DNA of 64,000 bases from Minisyncoccota bacterium (lineage in GTDB: Bacteria; Patescibacteriota; Minisyncoccia; Phycocordibacterales; UBA9973), in assembly GCA_025453495.1 (NCBI GenBank), contig JALOQM010000001.1, positions 155,161 through 219,160 on the forward strand, given 5' to 3'. The notes beneath the pieces were generated by a model. It did not search any database. It was not told the DNA's origin and saw only the letters and a list, made by a program, of their open reading frames with translations. Below, one piece after another: positions 10,537 through 19,486 of this stretch (positions are counted from its first letter, which is position 1; each line of letters starts with the position of its first letter). Position numbers and translations under genes: made by a program.

Positions 10537-11571
10537 ATGAAACCAATTATATTTAAAGGTAAAGATAGTTTTGCAATCGGTACACAGTTCGGCAAGATAT
10601 ACAAAAAGAATGGGTTTTCAGTTGATTGGATAACTATCAATAAAACTATCTATAGTCAGCAGTTGAAAATATATAAAAAATACTTCCCTAGTTTCTTGGA
10701 CGAACTAAGAGGTATTGCCATCGCTGGTGGATATGACCTTGATATGTTGCAGTATTCGTTCATTGGTAATTCTGTTGAATGGATGATGAGCACAAACAGA
10801 TATACGGCAACAGCATGTTCAGTCTTTGGACTAAAAAAGGGTACTGACTTGTTTGTCGGCAGAAATTATGACTGGTTGCCTGAAACAGAGAAAGTATTCT
10901 GTGTATACAAGACATACAATCCCAAGAATTATGCGCATATTTCTGTTTCAGATATGAATATCTATAAAAAAAGAATAGCGCTTACTGATCAATCATATCT
11001 CCCTGTTGATGCACTCAATGAACATGGACTATATATTGGACTGACGGCTTCAATAAATAATGATTGGGCATATGGTCTATCAAGTATGCATATGATTAAA
11101 TTAGTCGCTGAAACTTGTAAGAACGTAGCGGAGGCAGTGAGATTGTTTAAAAAAGTACCACTAAATTGTGCAAAGAACTTTTTTATTGCTGATGCTCAAG
11201 GAAATATGGTTGTTGTTGAACATTTTTCTGGGCTTAATTTAAAAATAGTAAAGCCAAAAGACGACCTCTTGATACAAACAAACCACTACAATGATCCGGA
11301 GTTTTCCAAACAAGATAAAATACTTTTGTATAGGCCGACAAATACTACATTTCTTCGCTATTATGAAATCTTGCGCGAAGTAAATTTAAGAAAAAAGACC
11401 TTCAAGCAAAAACACATCCTTGAGATTTTAAATAAAGAGGGGTCACTTCTTTTGCAAAACACACCAACGGCGCGTTCGATATGGACATTGTCATTTAATA
11501 TGACAAAAAAACAGTATGTTTTACACTATGATCTGTTTGGTAAAAAAAAGTCACTAAGATTGAAGATTTAA
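10537..11571 (+). CDS. C45-family Ntn-hydrolase (acyl-CoA:6-APA acyltransferase-like)
   Basis: ELRGIA, ACSVFG (nucleophile Cys), GRNYDW, DALNEHGL, QTNHY. Confidence 0.85.
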   Translation: MKPIIFKGKDSFAIGTQFGKIYKKNGFSVDWITINKTIYSQQLKIYKKYFPSFLDELRGIAIAGGYDLDMLQYSFIGNSVEWMMSTNRYTATACSVFGLKKGTDLFVGRNYDWLPETEKVFCVYKTYNPKNYAHISVSDMNIYKKRIALTDQSYLPVDALNEHGLYIGLTASINNDWAYGLSSMHMIKLVAETCKNVAEAVRLFKKVPLNCAKNFFIADAQGNMVVVEHFSGLNLKIVKPKDDLLIQTNHYNDPEFSKQDKILLYRPTNTTFLRYYEILREVNLRKKTFKQKHILEILNKEGSLLLQNTPTARSIWTLSFNMTKKQYVLHYDLFGKKKSLRLKI

Positions 11572-11618
11572 AATTAGTATATTTCTCGTTTCTTTCCAAG
11601 AACGAAGAAATAGATTAC

Positions 11619-11820
11619 TTAATGTGCGATCTGGCATCTCTTTATCATTCTCGAGAGTTCTTCAATAAGTTTTTGATACCCAAAGCTATTTAAATGTTGC
11701 CTATCTTCAACGTGGTAATTGTCTTTGTTTTTCAATACTTTCCATAGACAGATTCAGAATCTATAACAGCTACATTCATTATTTTGCAATATCTTTAATA
11801 GCATTATTGTGCTCTGTAGG
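11619..11820 (-). pseudogene. Remnant of an SGNH/GDSL hydrolase (C-terminal part)
   Basis: Minus-strand frame NYHVEDRQHLNSFGYQKLIEEL contains the DxxHLN block V motif; upstream frames broken by stops. Confidence 0.5.
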
Positions 11821-11988
11821 ATATATAAAAAATATTTTTTTATATATCAAAATAAAAAAAGCGCAACTCCACAAGGAGAAGCGCTTTAGATCACTTTTTG
11901 CCATTGGATAGTCCAGTGAATTCAAGTTTGGCATTAATTACAGTACCCACTAAGCCAATATACCTTTGCGGAAGACAGTATGTATTAG

Positions 11989-12312
11989 CTACAGAAGTTT
12001 GACCAGTTTTTGCTTTTTGTCCTTTATGTTGTGGCTTCTTTTTACGATTTTTTTTTGGTAGTGGAAAAACTGAAAAATAATAATGAGTGATAGCACAGAG
12101 CCAGGGGTCTGTGCTATCACTAGTAACAAATCTGGTTTAGTCCAGCCATAAATACTCCAAAAACTGTAGCTGCAAAACACAGTGCAAATGAGTGGTAGAG
12201 AAAGTCCATCGCAGTTTTTTCTACGATTATTTTTGACAATCTGTGCTGGAAGACCAAGCAGAGCGATTGCTAGCGACGCAGTAGTCGCAAGAATTCCGAT
12301 TACTGTAGACAT
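11989..12312 (-). CDS. SemiSWEET / PQ-loop family transporter
   Basis: LPAQIVKNNRRKNCDGLS...WSIYG; three TM helices. Confidence 0.8.
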   Translation of the reverse strand: MSTVIGILATTASLAIALLGLPAQIVKNNRRKNCDGLSLPLICTVFCSYSFWSIYGWTKPDLLLVIAQTPGSVLSLIIIFQFFHYQKKIVKRSHNIKDKKQKLVKLL

Positions 12313-12456
12313 TAAATCCTCCTTAATTTTGATTTAGAAAGTACTACTTGACTACAAAGAAGAGTAACATAATAAGTAACAAAATTGAAGAAGCAGTTTT
12401 GACTCGTTGCTGTATTTACTGAAATATAAATTCGTTACTTCTTTTGATTGGATATA

Positions 12457-12540
12457 GTGGGTTCAGTGCCAGAGTGGTGAGGTGCTGTAAGGGTATTTCA
12501 GGGAGTTTTTGTAAGTTGAAATGAGGTACATGGGTCGGGC
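12457..12540. repeat. Cassette junction site R1 (right arm only; outer boundary)
   Basis: GGGTTCAGTGCCAGAGTGGTGAGG..GTAAGGGTATT..GAAATGAGGTACATGGGTCGGG; GGG 12459, GTAA +28, GGGTC +73. Confidence 0.9.
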
Positions 12541-12544
12541 TCCT

Positions 12545-12796
12545 TTATTTAGGAAACCAACGACACACGATATCAACAACCTCGATCAATTGAATTGCTG
12601 CAATTCCGACCCCGACCACTGTTAGCCAGAAAACTTTGTTTTGAAGCTTATCGTTCTTTTCGTTTGCTTCAGATATTGTCTGATTTAGTTTTCTTATGTC
12701 TGTTACAAGCAACTCAAGACGGTTGTTTGTTGTTGCTGCAAGGTCGCGATCTATTCCATTACCAGTATTTATGATGGGAAATTCATTATCAGCCAT
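12545..12796 (-). CDS. Cassette 1, gene B: small coiled-coil plus TM protein
   Basis: 83-aa ORF; stop 4 nt from R1. Confidence 0.65.
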   Translation of the reverse strand: MADNEFPIINTGNGIDRDLAATTNNRLELLVTDIRKLNQTISEANEKNDKLQNKVFWLTVVGVGIAAIQLIEVVDIVCRWFPK

Positions 12797-12799
12797 ATC

Positions 12800-13186
12800 C
12801 TATTCGGTGTCAGGAAATGTTCCTGTGTATTGGTTCCCAAAATCATCCATACAAGAAACTTTCCAATCATAGTAATCATAAGAGTAAATCGTATGCTTTT
12901 CCGAAGCACTTCTTGCATACGTAGTTTCACTACCGGGGATAGCTGCGTTACCGCCTATGTATGTCCAGATACATGTTGAAGAATTACCACTCGGGATGGA
13001 GAGCGAGTATCCCTCTTTGCCGTCATAAAAAGTACCCACCAGCACACCTGTTGCCTTAATGGTGGTATTGGTTTTTACATCAATAGTCGGATTTTTGCTC
13101 TGAGAATTTCCAAGCCAATAAGCTCCACCGCCAATAATTGCGATAACGATGAGTATTATCCAAATTTGTGAACCTCGATTTTCCAT
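12800..13186 (-). CDS. Cassette 1, gene A: membrane-anchored hypothetical protein
   Basis: N-terminal TM helix, two Cys; TATAAT 6 nt before ATG. Confidence 0.75.
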   Translation of the reverse strand: MENRGSQIWIILIVIAIIGGGAYWLGNSQSKNPTIDVKTNTTIKATGVLVGTFYDGKEGYSLSIPSGNSSTCIWTYIGGNAAIPGSETTYARSASEKHTIYSYDYYDWKVSCMDDFGNQYTGTFPDTE

Positions 13187-13214
13187 TGCCTAATTATAAC
13201 TTAAACCTACAAAC

Positions 13215-13343
13215 TTAGGTACTCGGGGCATGCCGATAACAGATTCTTAGTGCGGAGAGCGTCGTGTTAGAACTAACCCCCGACAAGCCCAGTAAGGTCA
13301 TTTTAGCACTATTTCAGAATCTTAATCGACGCGTCTCGTGCGG
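13215..13343. repeat. Cassette junction site R2 (divergent; contains a degenerate tRNA-Ser 3'-end-like segment)
   Basis: TTAGGTACTCGGG..TAACAGATTCTTAGTGCGGAGAGCGTCGTGTTAGAACTAAC..GTAAGGTCATTTTAGC; GTAA at +28. Confidence 0.75.
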
Positions 13344-14195
13344 CTAAGATACATCCTCAAAAGAATCGTAACAACTGCGACACAGCCGAGCAATGAGATC
13401 GGAAGCAACATATTTCCCTGGCATGTTTTCAATCATCTCCGGCACTTCAAATGTATAAACTGCAAGAATGAATAAAGGATGCTCACCTTTATAAACAATT
13501 CCAACATCATTGTATGCATTACTTCTTGTTCCTGTTTTGTGAGCAACTCTGGCTTCCACGGGCAGATGAAATGGTAACCGGTAATTGATTTGTTGCATAA
13601 GTAGAATTTTAAGTGCAAGATTGCACAATTCTGAATCAAGCCCTATATGAACCGCTTCCTTCTCGTCGATTGATCCTTTTAAGAACCAATGTATCATTGC
13701 TGCCGCTTCATTCGGGGTAGTGACATTGGTCGTTTCAACTCTTGCGGGAGTATGTGCGGATGCAGAAAGATTTCCATATCTTAACAAGGTCTGATTAAAA
13801 CCAAGAGATGTAATGTATTTATTCAGCCGATCTAATCCAATCATTTCAACAATCCCACCAGTACATGCATTATCGCTAATAGCTACCATGGCGACTAGCG
13901 CATCATGCAAAGATATGACGCATGCATTAGGATCGAAATAATGAAAAATTCCTGAATTGTTATCCTGGTATTTTTTCTGAATAAAGAAATGATCGGTCAG
14001 GTTCAGTTTTCCTGCTTTAATATCAGCAAGAACGCAGGCGAGTATGAAAATCTTTCTGGTGCTTGCGGAAGGCACAATCTCATCACCAAATCTATTGAAG
14101 AATCCTCCTGTCTGAAGATTAATAAACGAGAATCCTATATGGAACGGCTGTTCGTCACACAAGTCTTTCAGTCTCTGCTCAAGGGGTTTTTCCAT
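13344..14195 (-). CDS. Cassette 2: serine hydrolase of class A beta-lactamase-like fold
   Basis: SxxK (ASTRK), SDN and HKTG motifs; no signal peptide. Confidence 0.85.
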   Translation of the reverse strand: MEKPLEQRLKDLCDEQPFHIGFSFINLQTGGFFNRFGDEIVPSASTRKIFILACVLADIKAGKLNLTDHFFIQKKYQDNNSGIFHYFDPNACVISLHDALVAMVAISDNACTGGIVEMIGLDRLNKYITSLGFNQTLLRYGNLSASAHTPARVETTNVTTPNEAAAMIHWFLKGSIDEKEAVHIGLDSELCNLALKILLMQQINYRLPFHLPVEARVAHKTGTRSNAYNDVGIVYKGEHPLFILAVYTFEVPEMIENMPGKYVASDLIARLCRSCYDSFEDVS

Positions 14196-14225
14196 AGTGC
14201 TAATTATATCAGAGAAGCCTTGTTA

Positions 14226-14344
14226 TAAGGACTTCGTGCTAGATGTTAGATGCGGGACACTCGGGTTAAGTACCAGAGTAGCGAGACACCGTAAGGGTAT
14301 TCTGGCAGAGTTTTGAGAACTGAAACGAGGTACATGGGTCGGGG
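14226..14344. repeat. Cassette junction site R3
   Basis: TGCGG 14251, GGG 14263, GTAAGGGTATT 14291, GAGGTACATGGGTCGGGG ending 14344. Confidence 0.9.
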
Positions 14345-14352
14345 TCTACTTT

Positions 14353-15486
14353 TCAATCTTGGTATATATCTGGAATGTTTTCACCCAAAAATGATTCTAC
14401 TAATAGTTTACCGATCATAATGCCATTAGTTAGCCCATTGCCACCATTTCCGAACAATTCATAATAGCCGTTTTGTTGCGTAATAAAAGGTCTGTTACGA
14501 GTTGGATATAGCAACAGCCCTGTCCATCGGTGCGAAACGGCAAGGTTCTCTTTAGAAGGATTTTGCACAAAAGCAAGGAATCGCTCTATTATTTTTTCTT
14601 CAGCATTCAGCAGGTCTTTTTCAGAAGGATTCAAGTTGATGCTTCCATTTAAGAATAAGCGGTTTCCAATCTTGCGGACAGCAATATAATTATTCCCCGT
14701 ATTCCAAAACATTCCACCTTTATCCCATGATAAGGCAGAAATATCTTCATCTGAAAGTGGCTCCGTAACAAGCGCAAGCTCTCTTTTAATGATTCCATAA
14801 TTTTCTGTAAGATCAGTTTTATTGCTTTCAATTGCAACAACTACTTTCTTTGCATGGATGATTCCATGAGGAGTTGTTACTGTGTGTACATCAAACGATA
14901 GTGCGGGAGTTTGCTCATATACCGAAAGACCTGCTTTTTCGGCAATTTCTGCAAGTCCCCGAACAAATTTGACCGGGTGTAAAGAACAGTCGTTTGCAAC
15001 AAGAAGAGTATCTTTTTTTGGTTCAAATTGAGGTATGATTTCTCCTATAAAATTCGCATGATGTCTTGCCTGTAGTTCGTCTTGCAGCGTTGATATATCC
15101 TGTGACTCCGAAGCAACATATAAACTTCCTGATCGAGAAAAATCACAAGCGATATTATTACTCTCTATTAAAGAAACAACATACTCTCTTGCATCTATAG
15201 TTCGCTGCCATGCTTCTATGGCTTGCTCTTTTCCGAACTGCTTTTCCGCTTCAACAAAATCAATCGCGAGACCTTCAACCACCATACCGCCATTTTTTCC
15301 TGCTGATCCCGATGCGATAACATCTCTTTCGATAAGTACGGTCTTGAATCCTGCTTTTACAGAATGATATGCGGCAGAAACCCCAGTTATTCCAGCACCG
15401 ATAACAACCACGTCTGTTTCTCTATCTTGTTTGAGAGATGGACGAGAAGTGTATGGGATATCAAGCCAATAGGAGATATTTTTCAT
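14353..15486 (-). CDS. Cassette 3: FAD-dependent oxidoreductase (DAO/PuuB-like)
   Basis: SYW, DVVVIGAGITG, GSAGKNGG, LHPVKF, GNGGNGLT. Confidence 0.9.
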   Translation of the reverse strand: MKNISYWLDIPYTSRPSLKQDRETDVVVIGAGITGVSAAYHSVKAGFKTVLIERDVIASGSAGKNGGMVVEGLAIDFVEAEKQFGKEQAIEAWQRTIDAREYVVSLIESNNIACDFSRSGSLYVASESQDISTLQDELQARHHANFIGEIIPQFEPKKDTLLVANDCSLHPVKFVRGLAEIAEKAGLSVYEQTPALSFDVHTVTTPHGIIHAKKVVVAIESNKTDLTENYGIIKRELALVTEPLSDEDISALSWDKGGMFWNTGNNYIAVRKIGNRLFLNGSINLNPSEKDLLNAEEKIIERFLAFVQNPSKENLAVSHRWTGLLLYPTRNRPFITQQNGYYELFGNGGNGLTNGIMIGKLLVESFLGENIPDIYQD

Positions 15487-15514
15487 AAATTCATTTTAGC
15501 TTAAATCTCGATGT

Positions 15515-15667
15515 TTAGTAATCGGGTCGCCCCATCCACCTAACCACTCGGGTCATGCCGATAACAGGTTTTTAGTGCGGGCGACTCGGGTTCAGTACCA
15601 GAATGGTGAGGTGTTGTAAGGGTATTTTAGCGGAGTTTTGGAGATTAGAATGAGGTGTGTGGGTCGC
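15515..15667. repeat. Cassette junction site R4 (complete left and right arms)
   Basis: GGGTCGC 15524, TCGGG 15548, TAACAG 15562, TGCGG 15576, GGG 15588, GTAAG 15616, GGGTC 15661. Confidence 0.92.
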
Positions 15668-15679
15668 TAATCGATTTCT

Positions 15680-16096
15680 TTAAAATTCGCGATATCTTGC
15701 GTTTCCCGGATGTCCGTACAGATGGATCAGTAATTCCTTATCTGAACCAAAATGTCCTTCAGTTAAGCTAACTTCTGACGTCTTTAAATCTGCTATGATC
15801 TTCTCTAGAACGATATGCGCATCTTTCGATACAGCAAGATTATTTGAGAGGTGAGCAAATGGACAAAGGAACACATTGTTATGTTTGGTGTCTTTACAGA
15901 ATTTAAGGATTTCCTGAGCAAGTTTAGAGGCCTTTTCAGGAGTATCACCCTTCTCAACCGTGATGAATACTAGAATACAATCATGAGAGGACTGCTTCTC
16001 ATCTAAAATATCTCCATACACAATATCTTTAGGACGAGTCGAGAGACCCGTGATAACGGCACCAAAATCTTTACAGTGAAACAAAATTGATCTCAT
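15680..16096 (-). CDS. Cassette 4: free-standing archaeal-type threonyl-tRNA synthetase editing domain protein
   Basis: MRSILFHC, FITVEKGD, PFAHLSNNLA, FGSDKEL..GHP motifs of the tRNA-Thr_ED fold. Confidence 0.8.
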   Translation of the reverse strand: MRSILFHCKDFGAVITGLSTRPKDIVYGDILDEKQSSHDCILVFITVEKGDTPEKASKLAQEILKFCKDTKHNNVFLCPFAHLSNNLAVSKDAHIVLEKIIADLKTSEVSLTEGHFGSDKELLIHLYGHPGNARYREF

Positions 16097-16124
16097 TGGT
16101 TATTTACTGCCTAATCTTATTGCT

Positions 16125-16244
16125 TTAGGTATGTGGGTCTGCCCCACTTGGCGGGCCATGTGGGTTAAGTACCAGGGTGGTGAGTCCGCGTAAGGGTATT
16201 TGGAAAGGGTTTTGAGAATTGAAATGAGGTATGTGGGTCGGGGC
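16125..16244. repeat. Cassette junction site R5 (short left arm)
   Basis: TAGGTATGTGGGTC, GGCGG 16150, GGG 16162, GTAAG 16190, GAGGTATGTGGGTCGGGG with GGG at 16235. Confidence 0.9.
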
Positions 16245-16253
16245 ACCTTTTAT

Positions 16254-17015
16254 TTATTGCATAAAATCACCAAACTTCACGATATCAGCTTTTGAGCCAA
16301 GAATATGAATCTTTTCTGGTGCTACTGTTAATTGACCGAAGGGTATATTTTCTACTCCAAATTTATTTACATAATTTTCAAGAAAAAAATCTCTTTCAGT
16401 TTCATTTTCCAGCTTAGCAATAACTTCTTCCTTAGAGAGTTTAGTATTTTTTAAGATTTCATTCAGACCTTGATTTTCAATATTTTCCCTCATTTTTTCT
16501 AATTGTTCAAATGAAAGTTTCTTGCCATCTTTATAACTATTTACATCGTAAAGTATTTGCAATAAAGCATCCTTGCCTTCCTTATACACTGATGATATAT
16601 CACTATGATTAATGCTTCCATCTTCAACAATTTGAATATTTCTCGTATTAACTAATACTGGAATTAATACTTTACCGTCTGATTCATAAGCATCATTCCC
16701 ATATGCGTTATATTTTCTTGCAAAAAATACAGCATTTCTTATAGAACAACCTTCTTTTTCTTTTGAGAAGCCATTAATTAATATGTTTTGAAGATTTTTA
16801 GCATCTGTTCCATGATATACAATATCTTTTATCTTGCTTTCAGGAAAAACAGTATCTAAGTATTCAGAATATTGTTCTTTAGTACCAATCTCAGCAAGTT
16901 CAGGATGTTGTTCAAATACGAAATCAACACCTTCTTTAATTTGAAGTTTCTCGATTTTGTTTTCGCCTGAATGCACATTTTCTATTTTTGGAATATTTTG
17001 AGGGAATCCTTCCAT
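16254..17015 (-). CDS. Cassette 5: hypothetical protein with ADP-ribosyltransferase-like motifs
   Basis: VYHGT..ILINGF..AVFFA..AYG pattern; very AT-rich. Confidence 0.55.
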   Translation of the reverse strand: MEGFPQNIPKIENVHSGENKIEKLQIKEGVDFVFEQHPELAEIGTKEQYSEYLDTVFPESKIKDIVYHGTDAKNLQNILINGFSKEKEGCSIRNAVFFARKYNAYGNDAYESDGKVLIPVLVNTRNIQIVEDGSINHSDISSVYKEGKDALLQILYDVNSYKDGKKLSFEQLEKMRENIENQGLNEILKNTKLSKEEVIAKLENETERDFFLENYVNKFGVENIPFGQLTVAPEKIHILGSKADIVKFGDFMQ

Positions 17016-17044
17016 GCTTCTATTTTAACTTAAATATCTTTTTC

Positions 17045-17200
17045 TAAGTAATCGGGTCGATCTACTCTCATAAGCCTATGAATCACTCCGATACTTAGTT
17101 CTTTTGGCGGGCTACTCGGGTATGGTACCCCGACCGTCAACCCCAGTAAAGCTTTTCTGACGTTTCCGAATCGACCCGGGCGATGTTTGCGGGTCGGGGT
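17045..17200. repeat. Cassette junction site R6 (left boundary of the ~20-kb element)
   Basis: GGGTCG 17054, GGCGG 17106 (+52), GGG 17118, GTAA 17146 (+28), GGGTCGGGG 17191 (+73). Confidence 0.85.
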
Positions 17201-17284
17201 CACCTTTTTGAAAATGAGACTTAGGCACAGATTTTCCCCGGATCAAATGCCAACAAATGCCAATTTTTGAGATATAATCAGGGC

Positions 17285-18016
17285 ATGACAGTTGGCGAAT
17301 TGGTATATCTGGAAGCACTTAAGAATGGATACAAACCCAAACTTCCCGAGGGCGTTATTTCAACGTTACAAAAGACATTGGAATCATTTCAGAGGGTCTC
17401 CGAAGATATGCGCGGACCAATACAGATGGCAGCTCAAATGGCTGAGCGCATGCAACCGCAGATAGAAACCACGAGAAAGATGGCGTTTCCTAGAATGGCT
17501 GAGTTTAGTGAATCCATTTCTAGAATCTCTTCCCTCTATGACAAAGAGGAAGAATTCGTCATCCCCGCATTTACACGACCGATTCAAGAAGTACGAATCG
17601 TGAACCCCGAGGATATCGCTATAACATCGACCAAGAGTGAGAGAGATTTTGTAATTGCCTCATATCCTCTTCCGAAGAACGCGGTATGGGAATCCCTCGA
17701 CATCCAGTTCATCGATGGGCATTTCGTTAAGGTTTCGTATCCGAACTTGGAATCAAAGAAGTTCAATTATAAGGATATGGGCTTCGTGAACATGAAGACG
17801 ACGAACCCCGATCTGAAATGGAGACTCCTCTACGCAATTGCAGAAAACGACGGAGCTTTAACTACCACGAAATGGGATAGAGGGTTCGGAAGGAACGTAA
17901 AATACGAACTCAACGAGGGACTCAAGCGATTCTTCGGTATGGCGACGAACCCCATTCCTCACTACACCAAGAGAGATGGCTACAAGCCGCTATTTTCTAT
18001 CAGACGCGAAAGATAG
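17285..18016 (+). CDS. Hypothetical protein (possible C-terminal DNA-binding domain)
   Basis: Long ORF; TATAAT at 17273-17278 just before ATG 17285; CAAATGCCAA tandem repeat upstream. Confidence 0.7.
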   Translation: MTVGELVYLEALKNGYKPKLPEGVISTLQKTLESFQRVSEDMRGPIQMAAQMAERMQPQIETTRKMAFPRMAEFSESISRISSLYDKEEEFVIPAFTRPIQEVRIVNPEDIAITSTKSERDFVIASYPLPKNAVWESLDIQFIDGHFVKVSYPNLESKKFNYKDMGFVNMKTTNPDLKWRLLYAIAENDGALTTTKWDRGFGRNVKYELNEGLKRFFGMATNPIPHYTKRDGYKPLFSIRRER

Positions 18017-18037
18017 TCATTTGATTTGCAATGACGA

Positions 18038-18077
18038 ATAAAAGACTTTCTGTCCATACAGGCAGAAGGTCTTTTAT
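18038..18077 (+). terminator. Intrinsic terminator-like hairpin
   Basis: ATAAAAGACTTTCTG..CAGAAGGTCTTTTAT followed by T run. Confidence 0.6.
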
Positions 18078-18190
18078 TTTATGGCCTATTCCGTCATTCA
18101 CACTCGCTCAATGAAAATAAATTGTCATTTTGTCATTCAATGACGAGTAGATATAGGAGAGTTTAATAAAACCCTCTCCTCAATCAACAC

Positions 18191-19486
18191 ATGGCAAAAG
18201 ACAAGATCACATGGTCGCCCGCCACTCGCAGGCTGGTAGACCTCACCAAGAACGGATACAATCCACGCAAGCTAAGCGAGAACGAACGCAGGGATTTGGA
18301 GAAGTCCGTACAAGAATTCGGCACGGTCGTCCCGATAATCCTCAACATCGGCACGCGCGCCAACACCATCATTGGCGGCGAGCAACGCGTTAAAGTATAC
18401 GCCAATCTTGGCATCGACGAAGTCGAGTGCATGGTGCCATCCCGCGAGCTGACGCTCGACGAGGAGCGCGAACTCAATCTCCGCCTTAACAAGAATACCG
18501 GCTCGTGGGACGAGGAACTCCTCAAGGACTTCGACATGAGCGTGCTTCTTGGTGTCGGCTTCGGTGACGACGAGCTTCAGAACCTCTTTGACGATGTCGA
18601 CGTAGTCGATGACGACTACAATCTCGAGAAAGCACTCAAGGAGACGATCACACCGAAAGTGAAATCGGGAGAAATCTGGGAACTCGGCAAACACCGGTTG
18701 CTTGTCGGCGACTCGACCGACGGCGAATCGGTACAGAAGCTCATGGCGGGAGACTTGGCAGACGTCGTCTACTGCGATAGCCCGTACAACATCGGCCTCG
18801 ACTACTCCAAGGGAGTCAGCAATAAAGAAAAATACCAAGGTTCATATTCCAGCAAGGACGACTCCAAGAAAGACAGCGACTTCATGACCTTCTTGGACAA
18901 GAGCATGGATGTCGCGAAATCGGTCAGCAAGAAAGATGCCCACTTCTTCTACTGGTGCGATTCTTCATACGTCGGAATGGTGCAGAGCTTGTATGGCAAG
19001 CACAAGATAGATGCGAAGCGCGTCTGTCTCTGGATCAAGAACAACCAAAACCCGACGCACAAGATCGCCTTCAACAAAGTGTACGAGCCATGCGTGTATG
19101 GCACGATCGGCAAGCCGTACCTGAACACAGGAATGCACAATGCCAACGAGATACTTAATCAGGAAGTGACGACTGGCAATCAAGTCCATGACGAGATACT
19201 CGACATGATCGATATCTGGATCGAGAAGCGCGACAGTGCCCAGTCATATCAGCACCCGACACAGAAACCCGTAACCCTCAACGAGAAGCCACTCAAGCGA
19301 TGCAGCGCACCGCTCCACATTGTCTTTTCCGGATTTGCCGGAAGCGGCAGTGACCTGATCGCCTGCGAGGAACTCGGTCGTGCGTGGCGCGGAGTCGAGA
19401 AGGATCTCATATTCGCAACCATTGTGATCGACCGATGGGAGAAATTTACCAACCAGAAAGCAGTGAAAATCCATGAAGGTAACTAA
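18191..19486 (+). CDS. ParB/Srx-like N-terminal domain fused to an N4/N6 DNA methyltransferase
   Basis: YNPRK..IIGGEQR ParB-like motif; GKHRLLVGDS, DSPYN, HPTQKP, FAGSGS. Confidence 0.88.
   Translation: MAKDKITWSPATRRLVDLTKNGYNPRKLSENERRDLEKSVQEFGTVVPIILNIGTRANTIIGGEQRVKVYANLGIDEVECMVPSRELTLDEERELNLRLNKNTGSWDEELLKDFDMSVLLGVGFGDDELQNLFDDVDVVDDDYNLEKALKETITPKVKSGEIWELGKHRLLVGDSTDGESVQKLMAGDLADVVYCDSPYNIGLDYSKGVSNKEKYQGSYSSKDDSKKDSDFMTFLDKSMDVAKSVSKKDAHFFYWCDSSYVGMVQSLYGKHKIDAKRVCLWIKNNQNPTHKIAFNKVYEPCVYGTIGKPYLNTGMHNANEILNQEVTTGNQVHDEILDMIDIWIEKRDSAQSYQHPTQKPVTLNEKPLKRCSAPLHIVFSGFAGSGSDLIACEELGRAWRGVEKDLIFATIVIDRWEKFTNQKAVKIHEGN

Noticed and set aside
13344-14195. Class A beta-lactamase resistance gene
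   Set aside because: SxxK/SDN/KTG are present, but there is no signal peptide and the omega-loop Glu166 equivalent appears missing (LLRYG); called a serine hydrolase only.
12457-17200. Junction repeats as a CRISPR array
   Set aside because: Units are ~85-155 bp, degenerate and separated by whole genes; no cas genes in the window.
12457-17200. Junction repeats as classical integron attC sites
   Set aside because: TAAC and GTT triplets occur but are too close together. There is no extended inverted R/L-box hairpin, the conserved boxes are direct repeats, and no IntI is present. An IntegronFinder run is still advisable.
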